Shown here piece by piece: positions 40,741-55,479 of a stretch of 64,000 bases of DNA. Where the stretch lies: NCBI GenBank assembly GCA_964016885.1, contig OZ024740.1, positions 195,920,001 to 195,984,000 of the forward strand, in the 5' to 3' direction. Position 1 is the first letter of the stretch, and the number at the start of each line of letters is the position of its first letter. The translations under genes and the position numbers were made by a program. The notes under the pieces were generated by a model, which ran no database searches, was not told where the DNA came from, and saw nothing but the letters and a program-made list of their open reading frames with translations. This stretch comes from Eledone cirrhosa (Eukaryota).

Positions 40741-42272
40741 ATCATCATCATCATCGTTTAACGTCCATGTTCCACGCTTGCATGGGTTTGGACGGGAGTT
40801 TTCCCACTTGAGGCAAGAGTGGTTGTCTTGCTTGCATAGGACTGTCTGGCATGTTTTCTACAGCTGGATGCCCTTCCTAACACCAACCACATTTACAGTA
40901 TGGGACTGGGAGGTTTTTACCGTGTTGCCTACACGGCCACATTACAGCGTGGACTGTGTGTTTTTTTGTCGTGACACCTACACGACCTCATTTGTTTCAG
41001 ACTGGATGTTGTGGTACCAACATAACTTTACATTGAAAGGGGTGGTGTGGATAGGATGGGGGTGTATTTTGTTAGAGATGCCTACTGACTGTAGTAGGTT
41101 TTACTTTGTATTTAGGTAAGGCGGGTCTTCTCTATTACTGAGTACCGCCAAAGATCTCAGTCCAGTGACATTGTCTTGGAGAGGTGTAAGTGTGTGAGGT
41201 CGGAATTTATCAGGTCGGCCCAGGTTTTTCTGGGTCTGCCTACTCCGTGGCTACCGTCTATCTTTATTGCCCTGCACTTTTTTATACAGCTGTCGTCTTT
41301 CATGCGCATCACGTGACCATACCAACATAGCCTTCTCTCGAGTAAACAACATCTGATCCCTCTTATTTCTAATTTTTCCCTTAGTTCGTTTATGCTTTGC
41401 CGTTCGTGTATATTACTATTACACATCCAGCGGAGCATGCAAGCTTCGTTCCTCTCTAGTCTGCGTATATCCTCTGCACACAATGCCCAGGTCTCACTGT
41501 CATGCAACATTGCTGTTCGTATGCAGGCATCATACAGCCTGCCTTTCATTTTTAGGGAGAACCCTTTAGCGGCTAATAGTGGTATAAGCTCTCTGAACTT
41601 TTTCCATTCAGTTCTGACTCTAGCTACTGTAATTTCAGAGCACCCTCCCCCACTGCTGATTTTGTCACCCAGGTAACGAAAGCTGTCCACTATTTCTATA
41701 GAACCCTCTGCGCAATTGAAAGAGCTAGTGTTTTTTGGGCACTTGCTGCTACTTATTGCACCTGAGCACCGGCCACATGTAAAATCTGTGTTCTTAGTTA
41801 GGTTACCTGTGATCCCACTACATCTTTTATGCACCCATATTTTGCATTTGGAACATAAAATGGAGTTTCTACCTACGCCTTTCCTACACACTGAGCATGG
41901 CCATTTCCCGGAAGGGACCGGCGCCTTATTTTCTTTCCTACAAACTAGAACTTTAGTCTTAGCCAGGTTAATTTTAAGGCCTTTTGATTCTTTGCCGTGC
42001 TTCCATGTTTGGAATTTCTTCTCTAGCTCGGCCATTGATTCAGCTATGAGCGTTAGATCATCTGCGTATAGGAGTTCCCATGGGCAGCCGGTCTTGAACT
42101 CCACTGTTATAGCCTGAAGGGCAATAATAAATAGTAGGGGGCTAAGAACAGAGCTCTGATGAACACCAACTTTTACACTAAACTCTTCACTATATTCGTT
42201 GTTAATTCTCACCTTGCTGACTGTTTCTTTATACATGGCTTGTATAGCTCTCACAAGCCATTCATCAACACC
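40741..42272 (-). mobile_element. 5'-truncated RTE LINE, family 2, copy a
   Basis: RT motifs (VLSPLLF, YADD, YLG), PHD finger, GRPRKTW, ~370-bp 3' UTR, (ATG)n tail. Confidence 0.93.
41157..42270 (-). pseudogene. RTE RT C-half with PHD finger
   Basis: ORF track 41157-42299; the N-terminal residues come from (TA)n; premature TGA at 41157, where the sister copy at 49.5 kb has Arg. Confidence 0.9.
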
Positions 42273-42289
42273 TATATATATATATATAA

Positions 42290-42693
42290 GGGATAACAAA
42301 ATATCGTTATAGGTAATCTAATTAGAGGTTGTGAATAGTCCATATTGTGGATAGTTTTAGCGTACAGCGTTGTTTGACTCAAGAGGTTTCCGTAGGTGGC
42401 AAGTTTGTGGGTTCTCTTGAATTCCTATGTAAGTTTATCTTGGAGTAATAATATTGAAAGAGTGAAGAATAACATGGTCAACAGTACAAAAAAGGGTTTT
42501 ATTTACAGTATTAATAATTGTTTCACTGATTAAGTTGTCTAAAAATTGCTGAACACTTGAAGCTGTGCCACTCAATTTTAAATACGCTGTTAGCTTAACC
42601 AGATCACCAGAAGGGACAACTTAATCAGTGAAACAATTATTAATACTGTAAATAAAACCCTTTTTTGTACTGTTGACCATGTTATTCTTCACT
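42290..42693 (-). mobile_element. Probable Penelope-like remnant: tail + 79-bp inverted arms
   Basis: Perfect arms 42461-42539 / 42615-42693, one-sided extension 42290-42460, microsatellite flanks, decayed GAAAC-AATT-ATT motif. Confidence 0.5.
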
Positions 42694-42717
42694 GTATGTA
42701 TGTATGTATGTATGTAT

Positions 42718-43131
42718 CATCATCATCATCATCAACGTTTAACGTCCGTGTTCCACGCTTGCATGGGTTTGGACGGGGGTAGTCCCACTTGAGGCAAGAG
42801 TGATTGTCTTGCTCGCATAGGACTGTCTGGCAGGTTTTCTACAGTTGGATGCCCTTCCTAACACCAACCACATTTACAGTGTGGGTCTGGGAGGTTTTTA
42901 CCGTGTTGCCTACACGGCCACATTACAGCGTGGACTGTGTGTTTTTTTGTCGTGACACCTACACGATCTCATTTGTTTCGGCCCGGATGGCGCGGCACCA
43001 ACATAACTTTACATAGGACGGGGTGGTGTGGATGGGGTGGGGGTGGTGGTGGTGGGACGGGGTGTATTTTGTTAGAGATGCCTACTGGCAAGGCGGGTCT
43101 TCTCTGTTACTGAGTACCGCCAAAGGTCTCG
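42718..43131 (-). mobile_element. RTE family-2 3' fragment
   Basis: Close copy of 40741-41155. Confidence 0.9.
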
Positions 43132-43134
43132 ATG

Positions 43135-43190
<56 letters not shown>

Positions 43191-43192
<2 letters not shown>

Positions 43193-43714
43193 AGTAGGCA
43201 GACCCAGAAAAACCTGGGACAATTTGATAAATTCCGACCTTACACACTTACACTTCTCTAAGACAATGTCACTGGACCAAGATCTTTGGCACTACGCAGT
43301 AATACAGAAGACCCGCCTTGCCTAAGTACAAAGCGAAATCTACAGTCAGTAGGCATCTCTTAATCAAATATACACCCCCATCCCACTAACCCAACTCCCC
43401 CACTCCCATCAACACCACCCCTTTCTCTGTAATGTTATATTGGTACCACAACATCCAATTATAATAAATGAGGTCGTGTAGGTGTCACGACAAAAAAAAA
43501 CACAGTCCACGCTGTAATGTGGCCATGTAGGTAACACGGTAAAAAGCTCCCAGTTCACACTAAACGTGGTTGGTGTTAGGAAGGGCATCCAGCTGTAGAA
43601 AACCTGCCAGACAGTCCTATACGAGCAAGACAACCAATCTTGCCTCACGTGGGACAATTCCCATCTAAACCCATGCTAGCGTGGAAGATAGACATTGTAC
43701 GTTGATGATGATGA
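43191..43714 (+). mobile_element. RTE family-2 3' fragment (opposite orientation)
   Basis: GVGRPRKTWDNLINSDLTHLH..KTRLA plus the same 3' UTR and (ATG)n tail. Confidence 0.9.
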
Positions 43715-43752
43715 TATATTACTCACCTTCAACATATATATATATATATATA

Positions 43753-43971
43753 TCATCATCAACGTTTAACGTCCGTGTTCCACGCTTGCATGGGTTTGGA
43801 CGGGGGTAGTCCCACTTGAGGCAAGAGTGATTGTCTTGCTCGCATAGGACTTGTCTGGCGGGTTTTCTACAGCTGGATGCCCTTCCTAACACCAACCACA
43901 TTTACAGTGTGGGGCTGGGAGGTTTTTACCGTGTTGCCTACACGGCCACATTACAGCGTGGACTGTGTGTT
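43753..43971 (-). mobile_element. RTE family-2 3' UTR fragment
   Basis: Near-identical to 42725-42942. Confidence 0.88.
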
Positions 43972-45407
<1,436 letters not shown>

Positions 45408-45409
45408 TT

Positions 45410-47352
45410 ATCATCATCATCATCACCCTTTTACGTCCGTTCTTCCACGCTAGCATGAGTTAGACGGGTTGTCCTGTTGTGGGCAGTGTCCGGTCGGCTG
45501 ACCTTGCTTGCTCATACAGGAACTGATTTGGCTTGATTTCTACAGCTGGATACCCTTCCTAACACCAACCTCATTTACAGTGAGTGCTCGGTGCTTTTTT
45601 GTGGCGCCTACATGTCCACTTTACAGTGTGGGCTGGGTGCTTTTTTGCCGTGGCACCTTGCAGTGGGAGGGTGTGGGGGCATATTGTCTATATGCTTCAG
45701 CTTGTACCCATGGGAGGTCGGGTACTCTGTATTACTGCATGACGCCAGAGGTCACGGTCACGCCTTTGAGAGGTGTAATCATCCCAGGTCTTCTTGGGTC
45801 TCCCCACGCCGCGGTTTCCATTGACTTCTAGTGCTCTGCACCTTTTTATGCAGCTGTCATCCTTCATACGCATCACATGTCCATACCAGCGCAACCGCCT
45901 CTCCTGCACACAGCATTTGATTCCTCTTATGCTCAGTCTCTCTCTCAATTCATTTATGCTTTGCCGTTCGCGTATATTACTATTACACATCCATCGGAGC
46001 ATGCAGGCTTCGTTTCTCTCTAGTCTACGTAAGTCTTCCACCTTCAGCGCCCAGGTCTCACTACCATGTAACATTGCTGTTCGGATACACGCATCATACA
46101 GTCTGCCTTTCATTTTGGGGGAGAAGCCTTTTGCAGCTAGCAGTGGCAGTAGTTCCCTGAACTTCTTCCATCCCGTTCTTACCCTAGTTATTGTACTTTC
46201 TGAACACCCACCTCCGCTGCTAATTCAGTCACTTAGGTAGCAGAAGCTGTCTACTGTCTCTACAGAGCCCTCCCAGAGATTGGTGGTACTTGTTTCCTGT
46301 GGCTGTTTGCTGCTTGCTGTCCCAGCACAGCTGCTGCATGTGAAGCCTACATTCTTAATTAAGCTTCCTGAGATCCCACTACATCTCTTGTGTACCCATT
46401 GTTTGCATTTGGGGCAGAGAATGGATTTCCTACATACTGAGCAAGACCATTTCCCTGAGGGGATCTGGGTTCTGTTTTCTCGTCTACTTACAAGGACCTT
46501 AGTCTTTGTCATGTTGACTTTGAGACCCTTTCTTTCTAGTCCCTGCTTCCAAGTTTGGAATTTCTTCTCTAGTTCTACCATAGATTCAGCTATAAGTGCG
46601 AGGTCATCAGCATACAGGAGTTCCCATGGGCATCCGGTCTTAAACTCCTCCGTTATTGCCTGCAGGACTATGATGAACAGGAGGGGGCTAAGAACAGAGC
46701 CCCTGGTGGACACCAACCTTTACGCTAAATTCCTTGCTATACTCATTGCTAATCCTAACTTTGCTGACTGCTCTCCTATACATGGCTTGTACAGCTTTCA
46801 CAAGCCAATCATCTACTCCTAGTTTTCTAAGAGCCCACCAGATTACAGCACGTGGAACTCTGTGAAAGGCTTTCTCGAGATCGACGAATGCCAGGTAGAG
46901 TGGCTTACTTTTAGCTAGGTACTTTTCCTGTAACTGCCTCACAAGGAAGAGGGCATCAGTGGTGTCTCTTCCTGGTACAAACCCAAATTGCATCTCATCT
47001 AGTTTCACCCGGTCCCTAATCAACTGTGCTATAACTCTTTCTGTTACTTTCATGACCTGGTCCATCAGCTTTATACCTCTATAGTTTCCTCTATCGAGTG
47101 CATCACCTTTACCTTTGTAGCAGTTGACAATGATGCTACTGCACCAATCTTTTGGTATGACACCTTCTAGTATTACCTGGTTAACAATACGTGTGGTTAT
47201 AGTGTGACCTACAGACCCAGATGCCTTCAGCATCTTGGCAGCTATACCCGATGGACCGGTTGCCTTCCCCATCTTCATATCTTTGATTGCCTTACTTACT
47301 ACGCTGCTGCTGACTTGTGCTGCTGGCCCCTCTCTAGGGTCTACTTGGGGTA
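45410..47352 (-). mobile_element. 5'-truncated, frameshifted RTE LINE, family 3
   Basis: ORFs 46688-47647 (in part), 46225-46716 and 45697-46113 give RT motifs NYRGIKL, QFGF, FVDLEKAF, YADD, a partly deleted PHD and GRPKKTW; SINE-like 3' UTR; (ATG)n tail. Confidence 0.93.
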
Positions 47353-47461
47353 GTATATATGTATATATATGTATATACATATATATATAGAAAAGATGAA
47401 TATAAAATGAAAGTGCTTTTATAAACAACCCATCCATGGTAATACAACAACGCATAATTAT

Positions 47462-47830
47462 AACTGTAACTGTGTCCAACCAGGAATGTGTCCGTTGAAC
47501 AATCAGTGTCTTGAACGCAACACCATATACAAATGTACTATCAAATCTCGCCTTTATAGACATCGTTACTCGATAAAACATGAAAACCAGCCTTATGTAA
47601 CAACACTCGCAGACAAGGCTTGGCAGCTGCACGAAAATGACCAACAATTTAACCTAAAATGGGATATAATAGTGTTGCCCCTACATAAATCCAAGGACAG
47701 GAATTTTGTAAATTGTGTAATATGGAAATATTTTGTATTATGAAATCCAAAAATATTTTATTAAATAACAGAATAGAGCGATCGTTATACTGTAACCGCT
47801 TGAAATCTACATTTTCATATTACAAACGCT
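47462..47830 (+). pseudogene. PLE linker + GIY-YIG endonuclease remnant
   Basis: NCNCVQPGMCPLNNQCLERNTIYKC..RLYRH..LKWDII, then after a frameshift CKLCNME..LLNNRIE..C; the YIG segment is deleted. Confidence 0.75.
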
Positions 47831-48286
47831 ACCAGGATTGAACGCCTGTCTCCATCTTTTGATTGTCAAAATACATATTATCATTCTCTATTAGTCTTAA
47901 TTCTATCAACTCTTCAATTCTTTACCATTTAATATAAACTGCTATAGATAAAATGAGATTTCTTAATTCAATTCCCTAATGCATATACCAGCAGGCTACC
48001 AGCATTGTTGTTATACAGTAGCAGTGAAAATCTCTCTCTTCCTTACTTGACACTTTATATCTGTATTAATACTACTACACCAAACGACCAGCCCTGTCCA
48101 TTGTTCAATTGGTCAGATATAGATTAAAATAAGCCATATACTCATTGTATTCTCATTAAAAACCTTCTATATACTTGTTTACCAGTAAATTGAATTGCCA
48201 TCTGTCATATACTATCCCTTCTTTTCTTCCTTTCTTACAACTAATATAAATACTTTAATTTTTCTGATATTTTCCAATTTATCCAA

Positions 48287-48405
48287 TATCTCTGAAGAAG
48301 TGACAACTGATTATACATTTGCTATCGAATACTTGCTAACATTATATGATTACGCAAGCAGCGATACATAGGTATTCGGTCTGTTACAGAAACATATGTC
48401 AATAC
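48287..48405 (+). ncRNA. Degenerate hammerhead ribozyme motif with long stem II
   Basis: CTGAAGA 48292-48298, stem II base GTGACA/TGTTAC, GAAAC-ATAT-GTC 48389-48400 (palindromic stem III); stem I weak. Confidence 0.55.
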
Positions 48406-48562
48406 CTAATAAATTCCTTTTTTAACAAAAGCACTTTCATTTTATATTCATCTTTTCTACATTTTCTCCGGAATATAATTTATACTCGTTGCGCAAACCT
48501 ACACGTCCGCTGTTCATCTCTAATGTGACGATATATTATCACTACATTATTGCTAACTTGAA

Positions 48563-48596
<34 letters not shown>

Positions 48597-48599
<3 letters not shown>

Positions 48600-48721
48600 G
48601 TTGGTGTTAGGAAGGGCATCCAGCCATAGAAAACCTGCCAGATAGTCCTATATGAGCGAGACACGGTGAACCGACCAGCCTTGCCTCAAGTGGGACAACT
48701 CCGTCTAACCCATGCTAGCGT
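48597..48721 (+). mobile_element. RTE-tail / SINE module fragment
   Basis: GGTTGGTGTTAGGAAGGGCATCCAGC...AACCCATGCTAGCGTG. Confidence 0.75.
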
Positions 48722-48750
48722 GTATATGTATATCTATATATGTATATCTA

Positions 48751-48809
<59 letters not shown>

Positions 48810-48900
48810 GTATGTATATATATGTGTATGTATATATTTATGTATGTATATATATATATATATGTATGTATATATATGTGTATGTATATATTTATGTATG

Positions 48901-48931
<31 letters not shown>

Positions 48932-49146
48932 GTATATATATATATATGTGTATATATATACTTATGTATGTATATATATATATGTATATATATATATGTA
49001 TATATATATACATATATATATATATACATATATATACATATATATACATATATATGCATATACATATATATACATATATATACATATATATGCATATACA
49101 TATATATACATATATATATACATATATATACATATATATATATACA
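48722..49146. repeat. Compound (TA)n/(TATG)n/(TACA)n microsatellite
   Basis: Direct reading. Confidence 0.97.
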
Positions 49147-50550
49147 TCATCATCATCATCATCATCGTTTAACGTCCGTGTTCCACGCTTGCATGGGTTT
49201 GGACGGGGGTTTTCCCACTTGAGGCAAGAGTGATTATCTTGCTCGCATAGGACTATCTGGCGGGTTTTCTACAGCTGGATGCCCTTCCTAACACCAACCA
49301 CATTTACAGTGTGGGGCTGGGAGGTTTTTACCGTGTTGCCTACACGGCCACATTACAGCGTGAACTGTGTGTTTTTTTGACGTGACACCTACACGATCTC
49401 ATTTGTTTCGGCCTGGATGTTGTGGCACCAACATAACTTTACATTGAAAGGGGTGGTGTGGATGGGGTGGGGGTGGTGGGACGGGGGTGTATTTTGTTAG
49501 AGATGCCTACTGACTGTAGTAGGTTTTACTATGTATTTAGGTAAGGCGGGTCTTCTCTATTACTGAGTACCGCCAAAGGTCTCGGTCCAGTGACATTGTC
49601 TTGGAGAGGTGTAAGTGTGTGAGGTCGGAATTTATCAGCTCGTCCCAGGTTTTTCTGTGTCTGCATATTCTGTGGCTACCGTCTATCTTTATTGCCCTGC
49701 ACTTTGTTATACAGCTATCATCTTTCATGCGCATCACGTGTCCATACCAACGTAGCCTTCTCTCGAGTAAACAACATCTGATCCCTCTTATTTTTAATTT
49801 TTTCCTTAGTTCGTTTATGCTTTGCCGTTCACATATATTACTATTACACATCCAGCATGCAAGCTTCGTTCCTCTCTAGTCTGCGTATATCCTCTGCACA
49901 CAATGCCCAGGTCTCACTGCCATGCAACATTGCTGTTCGTATGCAGGCATCATACAGCCTGCCTTTCATTTTTAGGGAGAACCCTTTAGCGGCTAATAGT
50001 GGTATAAGCTCTCTGAACTTTTTCCATTCAGTTCTGACTCTAGCTACTGTACTTTCAGAGCACCCTCCCCCACTGCTGATTTTGTCACCCAGGTAACGGA
50101 AGCTGTCCACTATTTCTATAGAGCCCTCTGCGCAATTGAAAGAGCTAGTATTTTGTGGGCACTTGCTGCTACTTATTGCACCAGAGCACTGGCCACATGT
50201 GAAATCTATGTTCTTAGCTTACCTGTGATCCCACTACATCTTTTATGCACCCATACTTTGCATTTCGGACACAAAATGGAGTTTCTACCTACGCCTTTCC
50301 TACACACTGAGCATGGCCACTTCCCGGAAGGGACCGCCGCCTTATTTTCTTTCCTACAAACTAGAACTTTGGTCTTAGCCAGGTTAATTTTAAGGCCTTT
50401 TGATTCTAGGCCGTGCTTCCATGTTTGGAATTTCTTCTCTAGCTCGGCCATTGATTCAGCTATGAGTGTTAGGTCATCTGCGTATAGGAGTTCCCATGGG
50501 CAGCCGGTCTTGAACTCCTCTGTTATAGCCTGAAGGGCAATAATAAATAG
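49146..50550 (-). mobile_element. 5'-truncated RTE LINE, family 2, copy b
   Basis: Highly similar to 40741-42135; YADD, PHD, frameshifts; (TA)n flanks. Confidence 0.93.
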
Positions 50551-50929
50551 TATATATATATATATACCCACCTTTTCATGTTGGCATGGGTTGAGACAAT
50601 GATTTACAGCTAGATGACCTTTCTGATGTCAACTCCTTCTAGGATATGATGTACTTATCATAAAAAACATTTACTCAGAGATTGCCAGTTATGTATATGG
50701 TACACTTTTTTTTTTAATCATGTTGTCTGTATTCTTTGTAGCAGATTGAACATTCCTGTCGTTGTCTATAGTTAACTGGTACCGCTTTGTGCCTGACCAA
50801 CTTTCTAATGGCCCAGTTCACTTTGTTTGAAAATAGGCATGTGTTACAGAGTAGCAGCAATGAGCTGTGATGGTAGTGCAAAATGGGCAAGGACATAACA
50901 GTAGTGATTTCAACTTCTACTTGGAAATA

Positions 50930-51225
50930 GATGGTCTCAGACCAGCTGTATGTATGATTAAAAAAAGTTGGTCTCAGCCCAGTTATATATATGACTAACA
51001 AAAAGATGGTCTCAGACCAGCTGTATGTAGGACTAAAAAAATATGGTCTCAAACCAGCTATACATATGACTAAAAAAAGATGGTCTCAGCCCAGTTATAT
51101 ATGACTAAAAAAGGATGGTCTCAGCCCAGTATTTATATATGACCCCAGTATTTATATATGACTAAAAAAAGATGGTCTCAGACCAGCTGTATGTATAACT
51201 AAAAAAAGATGGTCTCAGCCCAGTT
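50930..51225. repeat. ~37-bp minisatellite, about 8 diverged copies
   Basis: Unit GATGGTCTCAG(A/C)CCAG(C/T)T..AT.TATGACTAAAAAAA. Confidence 0.9.
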
Positions 51226-52735
51226 GACTTGAACTGTGTATGTATGACTGAAAGAGTTGTGGGCTTTATGAATTGACAGCAAATGCCACCATTACAAAAA
51301 TACATGTTACCATATATGGTTAACATGTATTTTTGTATGATGTTGTGGTTTCATTATTGTGTCAATTCTATTCATACCAGTGAGGTATATATTATATACC
51401 TGCCACAACCAGTCAGGCAGTCATGCTTTTAAATCATGATTTTAACAGACATACATTGATAAAAATAAAACAATTGTATAAGTCACTATGTTATTTTTCT
51501 TATAACTCATATTATACTTGTAGGAAAATATGTATTTACATGTGTATGTGTGTTTGAGAGAGAGAGAGAGAGGGGGTGGGGCACAATTGTAAATTCAGTC
51601 ATCCAAAAATGTCTGGCTACATAAAAGCCTTGTGTTATCACTTCTGCTATCAGTTTGTAATCATTGTTCTCACAAATACAGAGATTAGACTCCACACAGT
51701 TATATTTCCAGAGTGTTTTGAGCAATTCTGCATTTTTTTCTACAATAAAATACAAACTATGTGACATGGATGTGTGGTTACAAAGTCTGCTTTGAAAATA
51801 CACAATCTCGGGTTCAATCTCATTATGTGGCACCATAGGTGTGTTTCTTATGCTGTAGTTTTCAACTGACTTATAACCTGTGAATGGAGTTTAGTAAACA
51901 AAACTATGCAGAAGCTTGCTATGTATGTGTATGTGTGTGTGCCTGTATTTATGTCTGTTGATAAACAAGTGCTTCTTCATATAACTTAGTTTGACACTTA
52001 AAGATCGACAAAATGAGTACCAGGTTGATGTATTAGGGTTGATATACTTGACCAAAAGCCTTTGTAGCTCCAGGATGGCCATAGTGCAATGATTGAAACG
52101 AGTAAAAGAATGTGTGTGTGTGTGTACCTTTGACTGTGTAACATAAACAAACAGATAACTCAATGCCAAGGGTAAAATTAGATATGATTTTTATGGAGGT
52201 TAGCAAAGGTTAGACAGGTTATTTGATAGACAGTATGATATTCTCTGAAATACAATGTGTTGTCTAATATTAAAAGCAGGTTGATTTGTATAAAAATTGA
52301 TTTTCTACATAAATTTGTGTATGTGATGGGGAATTGTTTTGGTTGTCTGTCTCAAGAGGTATGCTTGGAGATGATATCCTTTTATTCTAGTAATATTTGT
52401 AATATGGTGTGTATGAAAGACATATCATAAAAAGTGAAGTTTGTGAAGGTCTATCTATAAAGATTGCTGAAGTGTCAAACATGTTTAAGTGATATCTAGT
52501 TTATATAGAGATGTGTGGTCTGAGCGTTTGTTTAGATTTGGAGGGTGTCAAGTGCATGTGATGTTTAGTGTTAGCTTTATTGGTAACAGAAGTCCGACAA
52601 GCTTTTGATTCCAGAGTCGGTCCCGATCAATACAGATCAAGCCTTGAGCTGATCAATTGCGAAACTCACGTCACACCTCAATACATGGAATGAAGATCTA
52701 ACACCTCACCTTTTGTATTATTATTATACACACAC

Positions 52736-52913
52736 AGTATCGGTAGAGGGTCGGACACCATGCTTTGACACATAGAGTTACGGCCCTTGCCATTCTGAGT
52801 TCAAATCCCGCCAAGGTTAACTTTGCCTTTCATCCTTACGGGGTCGATAAAATAAAGTACCAGTAATCCACTGGGTAATTGCTGGCCTTGTGCCAAAAGT
52901 AGAAACAATTATT
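52736..52913 (+). mobile_element. Family-A SINE
   Basis: Intact core; ATTATTATACACACACA on both sides. Confidence 0.85.
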
Positions 52914-52915
52914 AT

Positions 52916-53004
<89 letters not shown>

Positions 53005-53007
<3 letters not shown>

Positions 53008-53306
53008 TCATCATCATCGTTTAACGTCTATCTTTCACACTAGCATGAGTTAGACGGGATTTGTCCCACTTGAGGCAAGATTGGTCGGGTGACCATCTCT
53101 CACTCGTATAGGACTATCTGGTAGGTTTTCTATGGCTGGATGCCCTTCCTAACACCAACCACATTTACAGTGTGGACTGGGAGCTTTTTACCGTGTTACC
53201 TACACGGCTACATAACAGCATGGACTGTGTGTCTTTTTTGCCGTGACACCTACACAACCTCATTAGTTTGGACTGGATGTTGTGGTACCAACATAACTTT
53301 ACAGAG
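53005..53306 (-). mobile_element. RTE family-2-like 3' UTR fragment
   Basis: Homologous to 43409-43714; (ATG)n tail abuts (TA)n. Confidence 0.85.
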
Positions 53307-54902
53307 AAAATACTATAAACCGCTGAATTAGAATTGGACCAAATAGCAATGGGGGTGTGTGTGGGTGGGGGTGGAATGGGAAAGTTTACGAGAAGATTAT
53401 TTTTAGAAAGGTCCGACAGATTTATCCATATTATTGAAAAGATTTGGTTCTAAGTTAAACAAACATATATATATACATATCATCATCATCATCATCTATA
53501 TATATATATATATAAACACACATATATACATATATATGCATGTAACATTAGGTGGTATTTAACTTCCCTTTATCAGTTGGTGTCAGCTTCATTCTTTCTC
53601 TCTTTCTGTTGAGATGTATTCTTTGGAAGTTATTTGTTGGTTCTATCTTTCTGTCTAGCTAATTTTTAACGGCAAATGAATATACACTGTCTTCCTGTTA
53701 TACATATATATATATACACGCGTGCACACACACTCACATATGTGTGTTCGAGATGTAAAATAGTTATTGCAATCACCTTTGTTTTGTTTATGTATGTTAG
53801 ACAATTACATTTACATTCATGGCATATCAATGTGCCAACTCTGTAATATTACAAGCAAGAAAATATCAAACAGATATTTGCTATTAAAAAGATCAATAAG
53901 ATTAAATATTTTACATTTACTTTCATTTCTGTAGCTAGTATCCACTTATCTCTCATATTGATCAAATATATGGACACTTTGAGCTGAGCAAAATATGTTA
54001 GGTTTATGTGTTTTGTGGGAACTCAAAGGATTGGAGGTGTGATTAAGAAGAGTTGTCATAGTTTAGGAAATCGATTATTCTCATGATATCATAAAAGTCA
54101 TAAAATGCTGGTTTAGTAATGCAGTTTCAATGGAATGCTAAAATATAATATTTTTTAGATTACATGTTAAGCTTTGTTCTTTGTTTTTGAGCAGTCTTAA
54201 CTCTTCCTCACATCACTTCAACCTGTAAAATGAGCCAATGTGGGATACTCTATGCAATTTCTCTTCTTACTAGAAATAGCAATCAAATCTCCATGAAATC
54301 CAACCCGACTGTCTTAAAAAGAAAATATTGTGTTAGACGGTGTAGTCCTAGATATTAAAAAGAAAATAGAAATGTCAAGGCTGGAATAGCTTTTGTCATA
54401 AGTTTGCTCAAATATGTCTGACTTGCAATTAAACAACGATAAGAATTAAGGTATCACTCGCTCTGATTGATTGACAAGATCCCAGGCTTCATTTGCTTGC
54501 CGAGTGGGGTGGACCTCGTCAAATCAGACCAAGGACACAATGTTTCCATTGCTGATACTATGTACTGGTCATAACTCCTGGCAGAAGGAACAATGTGAAA
54601 TAAAGTGTCTTGCTCAAGGACACAACACATAACCCAGTCCAAGAATTACAAACCCAATTCTCATGTCATGATTGCAAATCCAACCCTCTAGCCACGTGCC
54701 TTCACAAAGGTATTGGTTTACTATTCTCTACCTATATGCTCCCCATGGAATAGATTATATATTAGCAAGCAGTATAAAGTACAAAGCCGGTTTTCTTTTT
54801 TAAGGTTGGATAAAATAAAGTACTAGTCAAGTACTGGTGTCAGTTTAATCGACTAATACCTACCTACAAATTTCTGGCCTTTTGCCTAATTTAGAAACCA
54901 GT

Positions 54903-55200
54903 TTTTTTCATGTACTCCTTGAGTGTCCAAGCATTAATGATTTGTGGAGTTATCTTGAATTGCTGTTGTGTGTAAGGCAGATCCAGCTATCAACTGAATC
55001 TATCATAAGTATCGCCCCACAGTTATCCTTTGGCCCAGAAGGGCAGGCAATTTTCTTCCTTCTTGTATATTAGCTAAGACTGAAAATGGTATAGTAGCTA
55101 AGACTGAAAATAGTAAAGACAAGTTAAGCCCTCATCAAGTTCTAGATGGAGAGGGAGGTGTCACCCAGCTGTGAATTTTCTGGAAGGTGAGTAAGAGTAG
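54903..55200 (+). mobile_element. Degenerate Tx1/L1-type LINE 3' fragment
   Basis: HVLLECPSINDLWSYLE resembles the H-x4-C end of the zinc knuckle; continues the type seen at 23265. Confidence 0.45.
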
Positions 55201-55479
55201 CAATAATGACCCAAATTTATGGGCCTATTCTCAGGATGTACCCGTAGGACAGAGGACACAGCTGAGAGATCCTTTGCCCTTGGTAGTCATAGTAATCCTG
55301 GATCTGTGGGGTTCCTTGATTGACTCTTGTTAACTGTCCTCCTATTGGGACATCACATTTCATTCCTTTTGTGTTCTGTTGTTTTCCAAGCCTGTTTTTT
55401 TCATAATCAATCATGTGTAAACCCCCACCATTTTTATAATTTGACCTTGGGGTGTCTCCTCATCCCCTCATTATTTAGA

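Larger units (their letters stand above)
47388..48566 (+). mobile_element. 5'-truncated Penelope-like element (C-terminal GIY-YIG; resembles the Hydra-type group)
   Basis: Endonuclease remnant, downstream hammerhead-like motif, 33-bp inverted copy 47388-47420 / 48427-48459, (TA)n flanks. Confidence 0.78.

Noticed and set aside
50930-51225. ~37-bp repeats as a CRISPR array
   Set aside because: The variable parts are mutually homologous, so this is a diverged minisatellite
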